A stretch of DNA of 64,000 nt, taken from the sequence record PV261925.1; one strand, given 5' to 3'. Of this stretch, positions 39,645-47,291 are shown one piece after another (position 1 is the stretch's first letter; every line of letters begins with the position of its first letter). A program made the position numbers and the translations under genes. The notes beneath the pieces were generated by a model that saw nothing but the letters and a program-made list of their open reading frames with translations, was not told where the DNA came from and did no database searches.

Positions 39645-39750
39645 GGCCTTACATTGTATCAAGGTAACCACACCAAAACATGATACAAATGCCACACATT
39701 ATGGGCCTTACATGAGTGTTGTAACCACCACAGAAATTACACTCAATGCC
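39645..39750. other. Tandem pair of structured hairpin units (candidate RNA element)
   Basis: Two units GGCCTTACA-stem-GTAACCAC...AAA-stem-ATGCC with different but complementary stems. Confidence 0.55.
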
Positions 39751-39756
39751 CATCAA

Positions 39757-39939
39757 TCAAAAAGGATTAGTCCATTTGTGGTGTTGTTGTTTCGTAATCC
39801 TACCATCATCAAGTAAACTATCAACCACATTTAGGAAGACAGCCCACTTCATGTCACGAGTGAAAGTAATACCTTCCTCTTTGCAATGAGTGTTCACAGT
39901 ATTACGAACAACGCGTTGAACTTCAGTTTTTGTCATCAT
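39757..39939 (-). CDS. Small hypothetical protein
   Basis: 60 aa, WAVFLNVVDSLLDDGRIT...WTNPF. Confidence 0.7.
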   Translation of the reverse strand: MMTKTEVQRVVRNTVNTHCKEEGITFTRDMKWAVFLNVVDSLLDDGRITKQQHHKWTNPF

Positions 39940-39993
39940 TTTTGTCCTTGTTTGGTTTAGTTGGTTTCGTCCAATAATCGCGGTAAATTGACA

Positions 39994-40146
39994 TCAATTA
40001 GTGGGAAAGTTACGACAGACGGCATCACAAAGCATACGAATTACATCATCTTTATACTCAACTTCACCAAAGTTAGATTCAATAATACAATCAATGTCCT
40101 CCATGAGTTGTTCACGAGCGGTCAACATTTCGAGTTGGTCCATCAT
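39994..40146 (-). CDS. Small hypothetical protein (50 aa)
   Basis: Hand translation MMDQLEMLTAREQLMEDIDCIIESNFGEVEYKDDVIRMLCDAVCRNFPTN. Confidence 0.65.
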   Translation of the reverse strand: MMDQLEMLTAREQLMEDIDCIIESNFGEVEYKDDVIRMLCDAVCRNFPTN

Positions 40147-40301
40147 TTAGAAAGAAGAAAACGACGTGCTTCGTAGGCTTGAAATTGTGAATTGAATGTG
40201 GCAATCTTGGTCATATCTTCACGCCAATATAATGCCCATTTGTGTGACCCTATCACACCTTTAGCGATGATAGGGTTATCAATACCAAGTGGATAAGTCA
40301 T
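40143..40301 (-). CDS. Small hypothetical protein (52 aa)
   Basis: Hand translation MTYPLGIDNPIIAKGVIGSHKWALYWREDMTKIATFNSQFQAYEARRFLLSK; ATGA overlaps on both sides. Confidence 0.65.
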   Translation of the reverse strand: MTYPLGIDNPIIAKGVIGSHKWALYWREDMTKIATFNSQFQAYEARRFLLSK

Positions 40302-40459
40302 TCTTCAATAACAGATTGGATTACAAATTGTGGTTGATTTCGATTACAAGTTGCAATTGCTTCCTCTTTACTAGAAGCAATGTAACCTAGACAATCTCTC
40401 ATTGTCCAACCATTAGCACGATGATGTTCACCGTAGATCAGAAACTTAGATTCTTTCAT
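40298..40459 (-). CDS. Small hypothetical protein
   Basis: MKESKFLIYGEHHRANGW...; start at ATG 40459 after GGAGG. Confidence 0.65.
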   Translation of the reverse strand: MKESKFLIYGEHHRANGWTMRDCLGYIASSKEEAIATCNRNQPQFVIQSVIEE

Positions 40460-40463
40460 GTTA

Positions 40464-40691
40464 TCAACCTCCGTAGACTTCTTCAGCCATAGGTGTATCA
40501 CTCATGCGATCGAGGTGATCCCAAAGTGTGTTTTTTTCACCAAACATTTCTTGGAAGAGATCAAGATCTTGACGATCATATTGATCTTTAACAATCCAAA
40601 TCTCTTGTTCAATCCATGCAAGTTCTGCACGAGCTTTATCTAGTTTCTTACGAAGTTCGTAAAGCTTTTGGTTTCTTTCTGTGAGTGTCAT
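40464..40691 (-). CDS. Small coiled-coil hypothetical protein
   Basis: 75 aa starting about 19 nt after repeat copy 6. Confidence 0.7.
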   Translation of the reverse strand: MTLTERNQKLYELRKKLDKARAELAWIEQEIWIVKDQYDRQDLDLFQEMFGEKNTLWDHLDRMSDTPMAEEVYGG

Positions 40692-40709
40692 AATGATTCA
40701 GTGGTTACA

Positions 40710-40741
40710 CTATAGTGGACATTTCGAGGTGAGTAATTCTG
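40710..40741 (-). promoter_or_regulatory. Repeat copy 6
   Basis: + strand ctatagtggacatttcgaggtgagtaattctg; immediately after TGA at 40742. Confidence 0.75.
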
Positions 40742-41332
40742 TCAGCCCAACAATACCTGAGGAAAGTATGGAGTCAGGTCAGAATCTACAATCTTATGTT
40801 CACAACTCACAAATTTCTTTCGTGATACATTCTTGACATAGATCAGGTGGTTAATGTCAATATCTTTGTAATCTTGTGGTCCACGTTTACGAATAAGACC
40901 AAAGGCTTCGTTCTCTTCGCGAGTGGAAACAACGACCTTTGAAAGTTTATCAATGTCTGTCAAAAAATGAGTGATAAGATCATAAGAACGATCTTCCACA
41001 AACTTATCATAGTGATATGCAAATATGAACTTTGAACCACTACGAACACCGCCGAAGTGTTCTTTAGTCAAACTGTGTCCACCTTTGACCTTCATATCAA
41101 TCACACTGGACAAAGTTTTGTCAGGATATTCACTCCACTTAATAAAAGCTTGAGGAGTGAGGAGAGCACCAGTGTCATCAATTTTATGAGAACCTGCCCA
41201 ACAAATACCACCAGAAAGATCTTCTACAACCTTGAACATGGTCTCACGGGTGTAGATATTGACCTGCTCATCTGTCAGAGACATGATGAGTTTGAGTTGA
41301 TTAGTTAGGTATCTTTTAGTGGTGGCAGTCAT
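40742..41332 (-). CDS. Hypothetical protein
   Basis: 196 aa single-gene cassette between repeat copies 7 and 6. Confidence 0.75.
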   Translation of the reverse strand: MTATTKRYLTNQLKLIMSLTDEQVNIYTRETMFKVVEDLSGGICWAGSHKIDDTGALLTPQAFIKWSEYPDKTLSSVIDMKVKGGHSLTKEHFGGVRSGSKFIFAYHYDKFVEDRSYDLITHFLTDIDKLSKVVVSTREENEAFGLIRKRGPQDYKDIDINHLIYVKNVSRKKFVSCEHKIVDSDLTPYFPQVLLG

Positions 41333-41348
41333 CGGTTTAATGTGGTTA

Positions 41349-41380
41349 CTTAAGTGGACATTTAGAGGTGAGTAATTCTA
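41349..41380 (-). promoter_or_regulatory. Repeat copy 7
   Basis: + strand cttaagtggacatttagaggtgagtaattcta; overlaps TAG of 41378..41581. Confidence 0.72.
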
Positions 41381-41581
41381 TTTGAGCTCAATTCGGTCAA
41401 TCAAGACCATACCAAGGTCAAAATATAGATCATCATCAATGTCACCAAGCTTTTCACGGAGAGCATCACCAACCATGTCGGTCATCATCTCCATATAACG
41501 CTCATCTTCATAGATTTGATTGATAATATCCTCCTTCAATGCGTCGGCGAGTTTGGATACACATTTTGCAGAAAGTGCCAT
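41378..41581 (-). CDS. Small acidic hypothetical protein
   Basis: 67 aa, MALSAKCVSKLADALKEDII. Confidence 0.72.
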   Translation of the reverse strand: MALSAKCVSKLADALKEDIINQIYEDERYMEMMTDMVGDALREKLGDIDDDLYFDLGMVLIDRIELK

Positions 41582-41582
41582 G

Positions 41583-41663
41583 TCAGTTGTTAGTGAGAAT
41601 GTTTATGATTGTGATGAATAATGCACCACACATAACGTAGTAGATGAAACGAAAAATAACCAT
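41583..41663 (-). CDS. Putative 26-aa hydrophobic peptide
   Basis: MVIFRFIYYVMCGALFITIINILTNN; TAATG overlap with upstream stop. Confidence 0.4.
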   Translation of the reverse strand: MVIFRFIYYVMCGALFITIINILTNN

Positions 41664-41992
41664 TATCGTAAGTAAAGATAACCACCTGCCCAATCAGCAC
41701 GTTCATAACATTGTTCGCGTGATTCAATCCTCAGAAGATTGTAACGAACACCTTTGGCTGGTGCTTTGAATGATGCAGGTTTGTAAACATCACCAGTCTT
41801 CTTATCAACAAAGGCATGAACACTGCGGGAGTTACCATCAGTCTCCATGATCAGTTTGTGATACTTACGACCAGATTCAATGTAAAACTTGTAACCATCA
41901 GACTTGTAATTGTTACGGCGAAGGAAATCTTCCATCAACACACCGCAAAGAATGTTAGCGTGTTTCTCAACAATTTGTGTGGGAGTGATCAT
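41663..41992 (-). CDS. Conserved hypothetical protein
   Basis: 109 aa, GRKYHKLI...VHAFVDKKTGDVYKPASFKAPAKGVRYNL...ADWAGGYLY. Confidence 0.82.
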   Translation of the reverse strand: MITPTQIVEKHANILCGVLMEDFLRRNNYKSDGYKFYIESGRKYHKLIMETDGNSRSVHAFVDKKTGDVYKPASFKAPAKGVRYNLLRIESREQCYERADWAGGYLYLR

Positions 41993-42009
41993 AGCTTTGT
42001 GTGGTTACA

Positions 42010-42041
42010 CTATTGTGGACCTTTGGAGGTGAGTAATTCTG
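42010..42041 (-). promoter_or_regulatory. Repeat copy 8
   Basis: + strand ctattgtggacctttggaggtgagtaattctg. Confidence 0.75.
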
Positions 42042-42149
42042 AAGACCGACGATTGATGGCGGCTACTTCTACACTACTACAAGGAATCAGAACCTTTTGA
42101 TTTACCCACACAATCTTGCGAGTGTCAATATCTGATGCGATGTTGTAAG

Positions 42150-42470
42150 TCATTCAAGTTCCTCAATAGGGTTGGCGTAAAGATCATTCTCTGTGGTCAC
42201 ATCAGTGAACACATCTTCATCATCATCAGCAAATAACAGATATAAAATCTCATCATTGTCCTTGACATTCCACTCTTGATAGAGAGAAATAATGTCGCCA
42301 GATACTTGTTCTTTCTTTTTATTCTTGTTTAATGATTTACCTAGTTTCTTAATACGTTTTGCATATGCTTCTTGCTGATCATTGGCAAGATATTCAACTC
42401 TATCAAGATTGAAGACAAACTTGTTACCTTCAATCTCAAAGGTTTCGGAATTTGCGGTATCAAAATTCAT
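42150..42470 (-). CDS. Hypothetical protein
   Basis: 106 aa, AT-rich, acidic. Confidence 0.6.
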   Translation of the reverse strand: MNFDTANSETFEIEGNKFVFNLDRVEYLANDQQEAYAKRIKKLGKSLNKNKKKEQVSGDIISLYQEWNVKDNDEILYLLFADDDEDVFTDVTTENDLYANPIEELE

Positions 42471-42515
42471 AATAATAATGTGGTTAATTCAATTGTATCT
42501 TATAAACTACCGATG

Positions 42516-42719
42516 TCAATCGGTAGTGGTTGCCTTACCCACATTAGATGGGCCTTTCCAAACCAAACCATCTTCTTCCCATTTACTGATAAAGGCACGA
42601 CGAAGCATCATCAGTTCATCATATCGTGATTGTTGAGATGAAGTATAGTTGAAGTTTTGTACCCTCCAAGTTTTACGAAGTTCTTGAAGTTCACGGATGA
42701 TTTGAGAAGAATTGTTCAT
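42516..42719 (-). CDS. Small hypothetical protein
   Basis: 67 aa, LQELRKTWRVQNF...LRRAFISKW. Confidence 0.7.
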   Translation of the reverse strand: MNNSSQIIRELQELRKTWRVQNFNYTSSQQSRYDELMMLRRAFISKWEEDGLVWKGPSNVGKATTTD

Positions 42720-42760
42720 GATGTTGTTCTTAGATTAAGTAAAATAAGTTTAGGTTTATG

Positions 42761-43018
42761 TCATTCAATACGAGTGATTACAACGTAATTAGAATCATCA
42801 TCAAATTTAGGGGGATGGATCGTCCTCGTCACTTTGTAGCCCGTTTTCTTCAATGCACTAGGAATATCTGGGCCCCTGTAGTCTTCACAATAATCATCAC
42901 AGCGAAGAATGAATGACATTCCAATATCTAGTTGTTGCCATGGGTGTTTCTGTTTACGACCCTTGCTTGGAGAATGAAATAGTTCTTCAATTTGATGGGG
43001 GGTGTAGATTTCGGACAT
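42761..43018 (-). CDS. Small hypothetical protein, possibly DNA binding
   Basis: 85 aa, KHPWQQLDIGMSF pattern; starts about 18 nt after repeat copy 9. Confidence 0.65.
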   Translation of the reverse strand: MSEIYTPHQIEELFHSPSKGRKQKHPWQQLDIGMSFILRCDDYCEDYRGPDIPSALKKTGYKVTRTIHPPKFDDDSNYVVITRIE

Positions 43019-43035
43019 GATTAGACGTGATTACA

Positions 43036-43067
43036 ATAGAGTGGACGTTTGGAGGTGAGTAATTATG
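43036..43067 (-). promoter_or_regulatory. Repeat copy 9
   Basis: + strand atagagtggacgtttggaggtgagtaattatg; overlaps TAA of 43063..43614. Confidence 0.72.
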
Positions 43068-43614
43068 AACCGAGACAGAATTGTCTGAGTTTCCGAGTAA
43101 TAGAGGGTGCAGTGATGTCTTCCGACACAACATATGCCTCTAATTCTTCCAGAATAGTATCTTCATGAAGACCCTTGGCTTTCAGTCGCGAACGTAACTG
43201 AGCAAGACGTTCTTCATCATAAGATGGAGACAAAGACAAGAATTTAGCAAGTTCTTCTTCATTGAACATCGTTGTAGTTTTACCATCAGCAATATAACCA
43301 CTTGCACAATCTTGGATTACATGATGTGCCTCATGTCGCAGTGTGTTGTAGTCATTCTCGGTCCATTTGTATTGTTTATTTGAACCTGGAATCATCTTAT
43401 CTTGACAGATAACTAACATTCCAGAATAAGGATAGTAAATACCATCCATTTTCTTTCTGTCATTACAATGATTGAGATGATTGACCAATGTAACTACACC
43501 AAGGTCTTGCAAAGTGTTCCACAATTCATTATGGTCATCATGAATGTCAGCCTTGGCAATACCAGGAGTGAGAACTGCGGTTGCTGCGAGAAGAGAAAGA
43601 AATAGTTTTTTCAT
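43063..43614 (-). CDS. Signal-peptide-bearing HExxH zincin-like protein
   Basis: MKKLFLSLLAATAVLTPGIAKA signal; LRHEAHHVIQDC; downstream ELEAY. Confidence 0.7.
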   Translation of the reverse strand: MKKLFLSLLAATAVLTPGIAKADIHDDHNELWNTLQDLGVVTLVNHLNHCNDRKKMDGIYYPYSGMLVICQDKMIPGSNKQYKWTENDYNTLRHEAHHVIQDCASGYIADGKTTTMFNEEELAKFLSLSPSYDEERLAQLRSRLKAKGLHEDTILEELEAYVVSEDITAPSITRKLRQFCLGS

Positions 43615-43619
43615 GTTAA

Positions 43620-43871
43620 TCAGAAGTCAGGTCCAAGAATTTCCATAAGATCAGCAGGATCAGTACTGCCGAGATAAGTCTCAGTAAAGAGAATTGCTAG
43701 TTCTCTACTACCAAACTCAATCTCTACATTATCCCAGATCCTGTCATTATATACTTTGACAGTGATAGGTTGAACACCCGATTCTTCAATTGTTTCAGAA
43801 ATATTATAATAAATGTCATCACCATCACTACAATCAAAGTCATAAGTGACTTTTACAGTTGACATAATCAT
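43620..43871 (-). CDS. Acidic hypothetical protein
   Basis: Start moved to ATG 43871 after GGAGG; MIMSTVKVTYDFDC... Confidence 0.65.
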   Translation of the reverse strand: MIMSTVKVTYDFDCSDGDDIYYNISETIEESGVQPITVKVYNDRIWDNVEIEFGSRELAILFTETYLGSTDPADLMEILGPDF

Positions 43872-44068
43872 TTTGATTCCTCCAGAGTAATAGTACGATA
43901 CTGATTGACAATGGTCTCTAGTTCCATAACACAATGTTGCATTGTGGCACGAGAGTAACCAGTAGCATAAGGATAACCCTGATCAGGGTTATTCAACGCA
44001 TCATGTGATACATTCACTCCATCTTGAAGACTTTCGATGATTGTGATTAGTTTGGTGTCGATGTTCAT
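43868..44068 (-). CDS. Small hypothetical protein
   Basis: MNIDTKL...QGYPYATGYSRATM; start moved downstream of the terminator hairpin. Confidence 0.7.
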   Translation of the reverse strand: MNIDTKLITIIESLQDGVNVSHDALNNPDQGYPYATGYSRATMQHCVMELETIVNQYRTITLEESK

Positions 44069-44078
44069 GATAGGTAAT

Positions 44079-44117
44079 AAAAAACCGCTGTAGGGGATCA
44101 GAGACACCTTACAGCGG
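44079..44117 (-). terminator. Rho-independent terminator
   Basis: Minus strand CCGCTGTAAGG...CCCTACAGCGG followed by TTTTT, after stop at 44125. Confidence 0.7.
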
Positions 44118-44124
44118 AGAATAG

Positions 44125-44334
44125 TCAGACAGTGGTCTTAGGACCAAACTCACGTTGATAAGAATCTTTCACATACTCAACAGTTTGTTGAATGAAAGGC
44201 TTGACATAATCAACGAGTTGTTTTACATCTTCAATGAGCTTGTTAGTCTCATACTGATGAATCTCCCAACGTACTTTGATGTCGGCAAGATACTGTTGAC
44301 GAGTAATAAGAACTTGAGGAGTGGTTTGAGTCAT
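44125..44334 (-). CDS. Small hypothetical protein
   Basis: 69 aa, LITRQQYLADIKVRWEIH; starts about 19 nt after repeat copy 10. Confidence 0.72.
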   Translation of the reverse strand: MTQTTPQVLITRQQYLADIKVRWEIHQYETNKLIEDVKQLVDYVKPFIQQTVEYVKDSYQREFGPKTTV

Positions 44335-44352
44335 AGAAGTGTGGTCTCTACA

Positions 44353-44384
44353 CTATAGGGGACATTTGGAGGTGAGTAATTCTG
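44353..44384 (-). promoter_or_regulatory. Repeat copy 10
   Basis: + strand ctataggggacatttggaggtgagtaattctg; immediately after TGA at 44385. Confidence 0.75.
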
Positions 44385-44588
44385 TCACCTCTTCTTTTTC
44401 TTGAGTTTGTTAATCAATGTCATCGCAGATTGTCTGTTACGACATACTTTAACCACCACACCATTGTGAACAACCACAAGTTTAGTTGTTGAACCAACCA
44501 GTGGAATTGCAGCCAGATAACCATCACCCACAATGATAGGTAATGTTCCTGGTTTACAATCAAGGATGTGTGAGTTTGTGTAATGCAT
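44385..44588 (-). CDS. Conserved small hypothetical protein
   Basis: 67 aa, AAIPLVGSTTKLVVVHNG...CRNRQSA; start overlaps end of HNH gene. Confidence 0.72.
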   Translation of the reverse strand: MHYTNSHILDCKPGTLPIIVGDGYLAAIPLVGSTTKLVVVHNGVVVKVCRNRQSAMTLINKLKKKKR

Positions 44589-45042
44589 TTAGATATACTT
44601 GGTGGGCTTCTTCAATAGTATCATATATCCCCAAATATTCAGTTTTACCTTCATGTGCAATACGAGAGTAATATCTACCACTATGTGCGGTCGATACACC
44701 TCTGACACCTAATTCATTATTGTTTCTTACTTTAGTATTGTAATTATTCTGTGTTTGGTCAACTGCTCGTAAGTTTTCTATTCTGTTATTACTTTTGTTT
44801 CTATCAATATGGTCTATTTGTTGTTCCTGCTCTAAGTCACCATAATGATACTGATACACCAATCTGTGCTTTAAATATATCTTCTTATCCACAGATATTT
44901 GATAATATCCAGTGTGATGTTTAGTCCCTGCAATAGAACCTGCAGGTTGTCTTCCCCTACATTTTTTGTAGATAAGTTCACCATCTTGGTAGGCGAAAAG
45001 TTCCTGTAACCTACCCTGTGAAGGGAGTTGATAATTTCTCAT
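44560..45042 (-). CDS. HNH homing endonuclease with C-terminal AP2-like DNA-binding domain
   Basis: HRLVY...IDHIDRNKSNNRIENLR...QNNYN (HNH) then GVRGVS...YYSRI...YLGIYDTIEEA (AP2-like). Confidence 0.88.
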   Translation of the reverse strand: MRNYQLPSQGRLQELFAYQDGELIYKKCRGRQPAGSIAGTKHHTGYYQISVDKKIYLKHRLVYQYHYGDLEQEQQIDHIDRNKSNNRIENLRAVDQTQNNYNTKVRNNNELGVRGVSTAHSGRYYSRIAHEGKTEYLGIYDTIEEAHQVYLNALHKLTHP

Positions 45043-45121
45043 GTGTGTCTTGGCGATGACATTACTATTTAGAATTTTATCATAATGTGGGACTTACGTC
45101 AATTTACCCGCCAAGACACAC
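45043..45121 (-). promoter_or_regulatory. 13-bp inverted repeat enclosing sigma70-like and late promoters of the HNH gene
   Basis: GTGTGTCTTGGCG (45043-45055) / CGCCAAGACACAC (45109-45121); loop holds TTGACG-17-TAAAAT (45074-45102) and TAAATA (45066-45071). Confidence 0.8.
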
Positions 45122-45136
45122 TGACTGCCCACATTA

Positions 45137-46315
45137 TTATTTACGAGTTACACTGTCAAGCATTTCTCCCTTCTCAAACACAATATCAACACAACGCTGG
45201 AGAGACTTTTGAGTGGAAAGTCCTACCTGATTGTAGACAGGGACGCAGAGCATACCGTAGGTTTTAGTAGAAGAACCAACCCTAATGACACGTCCGACAG
45301 TTTGAAGAAGCTCAATACTGTCCATGTTACGAAGGAAGATAACCGCCTCAAGTTCAGACACGTTGATGCCTTCAGACAGAATAGAACGGTGAAGGACAAC
45401 AAATTTCTTTGACTTGTCACGACCCCATGCATTCAGAGTATTGAAAAACTCTTCACGAGATACTTTCTGACCATCGATAACAGCACCAGTCTTGGCGGTG
45501 ATATACAGATAAGAGTAACCACGTTCTGTCAACTGATCAGCGAAATCAGTCATGAACAGGTTCTGTAACTGTCGTGTGGTCTTAACACAAACCAGAATCT
45601 TCTTGATGTCAATCTGGTCAATAGATGCGAGGACATTGTTACCCTCAAGATGAGGAGTGAGAGACTTTTTGTCAATCTTATCCATCTCAATCACCTTGAC
45701 CTTAGGTGGAAGAATGTAACCATTCTGAACCAGATCAGGTGCAGACACACGTGCAATCACTTGACCATAAGTCTCAGTCCAGTTCATGCCTGGTTTCTTC
45801 ACAGTCACACTGGTTTTACGAGTTGCAGTGAAGTAGTAACAACGATCTGCATGCTTACTGAAATACTCAGTGGGACCGTAGAAGTTACGTTGAACAGAGT
45901 TATGTGCCTCGTCAAAGTAAATCGTATCTACAGCAATACCAGACTCTTGAACACGATGAAGAGAGTGATATGTGGTGAAGATAATAACGTGTTCACGCAT
46001 AGTGTGACACATATCAACAAATAGTTTGATACGTTCAGACTTAGTGGTACTGAAATGTTGTGTCTCTCCACTATGAACATGGAGAACATTTGCATTGGTG
46101 ATATGTTCCAGATACTCTGATGACAGTTGTTCTGCCAACAGAATACGAGGAGCGACAACAACAATAGTGCGAGGAACTTTTATCTCAAATCGTCTCACTG
46201 CGTCCATGATAGCGATAAGAGTCTTGCCGCCACCAGTAGGAACAATGATTTGACCGATAGAATTATTACGAAGAGCGTAAACAGCGTCCTGTTGATGAGG
46301 GCGGAGTTTGATCAT
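45137..46315 (-). CDS. Superfamily 2 (DEAD/DEAH-like) helicase
   Basis: LRPHQQDA (Q motif), VPTGGGKT (Walker A), FDEAH (Walker B), FTAT, ILSEGINV, QTVGRVIR. Confidence 0.9.
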   Translation of the reverse strand: MIKLRPHQQDAVYALRNNSIGQIIVPTGGGKTLIAIMDAVRRFEIKVPRTIVVVAPRILLAEQLSSEYLEHITNANVLHVHSGETQHFSTTKSERIKLFVDMCHTMREHVIIFTTYHSLHRVQESGIAVDTIYFDEAHNSVQRNFYGPTEYFSKHADRCYYFTATRKTSVTVKKPGMNWTETYGQVIARVSAPDLVQNGYILPPKVKVIEMDKIDKKSLTPHLEGNNVLASIDQIDIKKILVCVKTTRQLQNLFMTDFADQLTERGYSYLYITAKTGAVIDGQKVSREEFFNTLNAWGRDKSKKFVVLHRSILSEGINVSELEAVIFLRNMDSIELLQTVGRVIRVGSSTKTYGMLCVPVYNQVGLSTQKSLQRCVDIVFEKGEMLDSVTRK

Positions 46316-46331
46316 TTATGTGGTGTATGTA

Positions 46332-46363
46332 ATAGTGTGGACGTTTGGAGGTGAGTAATTATG
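46332..46363 (-). promoter_or_regulatory. Repeat copy 11
   Basis: + strand atagtgtggacgtttggaggtgagtaattatg; overlaps TAA of 46359..47240. Confidence 0.72.
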
Positions 46364-47240
46364 AACCGTATCCATTATGGAAGTTAGCATATGCAAACTC
46401 GGTACGATCTACCAGTTTAACACATCCATAGGTGTTAGAGTGGAAAACATATCCTTCACCACTACATTTCTTACCATTAGGAAGATAAGATTGTGGTGCG
46501 TCGGTGACAATCAGACTGTCCATAATATCCAGTTTGATTTCCATCACAAACTGATACAGATTAGTGAGATGTTGACAACCAAGAATGTCAGTCAGGGTTG
46601 CGTCATCAATATACTGACCAGATTTGATGAGTGCGTTGATAGCAGTCTTAGCCTTAGCAGCTTCCTTATCAGTCAGAAACTTGATACCCTTAGGGTTAAT
46701 CTTAGGGACAGATCCTTGGGGAGGAATACGATCAACAGAAGGTTGCACCCACTTGACCATAGTGGTGTCTTCAAATGTTTCCATCAAAGGTGAACACACA
46801 TTCTTCCACATTTCCTCGTGAACGTCAACAGCTGTGTGAGGAGCGATGACAAGTTTCTGGTCAATTGCTTCGTCAAAGACATACGTCAGAGTGTTCTGAG
46901 TAAACACATCAGTACGACCGAAACCAAGCCAATCACCCCAGTAAATCTTCTCGGTACGAGGAAGATACTTGAAACAATGAGACAGAATATCTACAACTTC
47001 GATTTGATGACCAAAATGAGTGAAGATGTCGTCAATAGAGTAACAAAGACGAACTTTCTTCTTGTTAAATGCAGCTTTTGTACACACAAAAAACTTACCA
47101 TTGGCAGGGTTAGTACCCCAAACCAACGACATTCCATCCATCTTCATAGAGATGTGTGCGTGATCATAAAGAAGATCAAACACTGACATATCTCCAGTCA
47201 AAATGCAGTCTTCGGGATGTTCCAGGTGAGTTTGTGTCAT
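46359..47240 (-). CDS. Conserved cyanophage protein with ligase-like KxDG motif
   Basis: THLEHPED...SMKMDG...WGDWLG...NTLTY...EGYV...KLVDR; pattern resembles nucleotidyltransferase motifs I, IV and V. Confidence 0.6.
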   Translation of the reverse strand: MTQTHLEHPEDCILTGDMSVFDLLYDHAHISMKMDGMSLVWGTNPANGKFFVCTKAAFNKKKVRLCYSIDDIFTHFGHQIEVVDILSHCFKYLPRTEKIYWGDWLGFGRTDVFTQNTLTYVFDEAIDQKLVIAPHTAVDVHEEMWKNVCSPLMETFEDTTMVKWVQPSVDRIPPQGSVPKINPKGIKFLTDKEAAKAKTAINALIKSGQYIDDATLTDILGCQHLTNLYQFVMEIKLDIMDSLIVTDAPQSYLPNGKKCSGEGYVFHSNTYGCVKLVDRTEFAYANFHNGYGS

Positions 47241-47259
47241 AATATGGTGTGGTCTCGTA

Positions 47260-47291
47260 CTATAGATGACCTTTCAAGGTGAGTAATTCTG
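47260..47291 (-). promoter_or_regulatory. Repeat copy 12
   Basis: + strand ctatagatgacctttcaaggtgagtaattctg; immediately after TGA at 47292. Confidence 0.72.

Larger units (their letters stand above)
35559..47291 (-). repeat. Array of 12 dispersed 32-bp direct repeats delimiting small-gene cassettes
   Basis: Plus-strand GACNTTTNNAGGTGAGTAA invariant and ungapped in all 12 copies; spacing about 0.64-2.0 kb. Confidence 0.95.

Noticed and set aside
39645-39750. Known ribozyme or riboswitch (hammerhead, twister, pistol, glnA, downstream-peptide)
   Set aside because: Conserved core nucleotides that I recall for these classes are absent on both strands; kept only as an unknown structure.
39987-40015. 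Plus-strand promoter starting TTGACA at about 39988
   Set aside because: Best -10 at 17 nt is TACGAC, too weak; overlaps the end of a minus-strand gene.
40742-41332. Degenerate His-Me finger nuclease (LTKEH...STREEN)
   Set aside because: Only two short, weakly spaced residues match; not supportable without a profile search.
35559-47291. 12 direct repeats as a CRISPR array
   Set aside because: Intervening sequences are 0.6-2 kb of intact genes, not 25-45-nt spacers; no cas genes; repeats are not palindromic.
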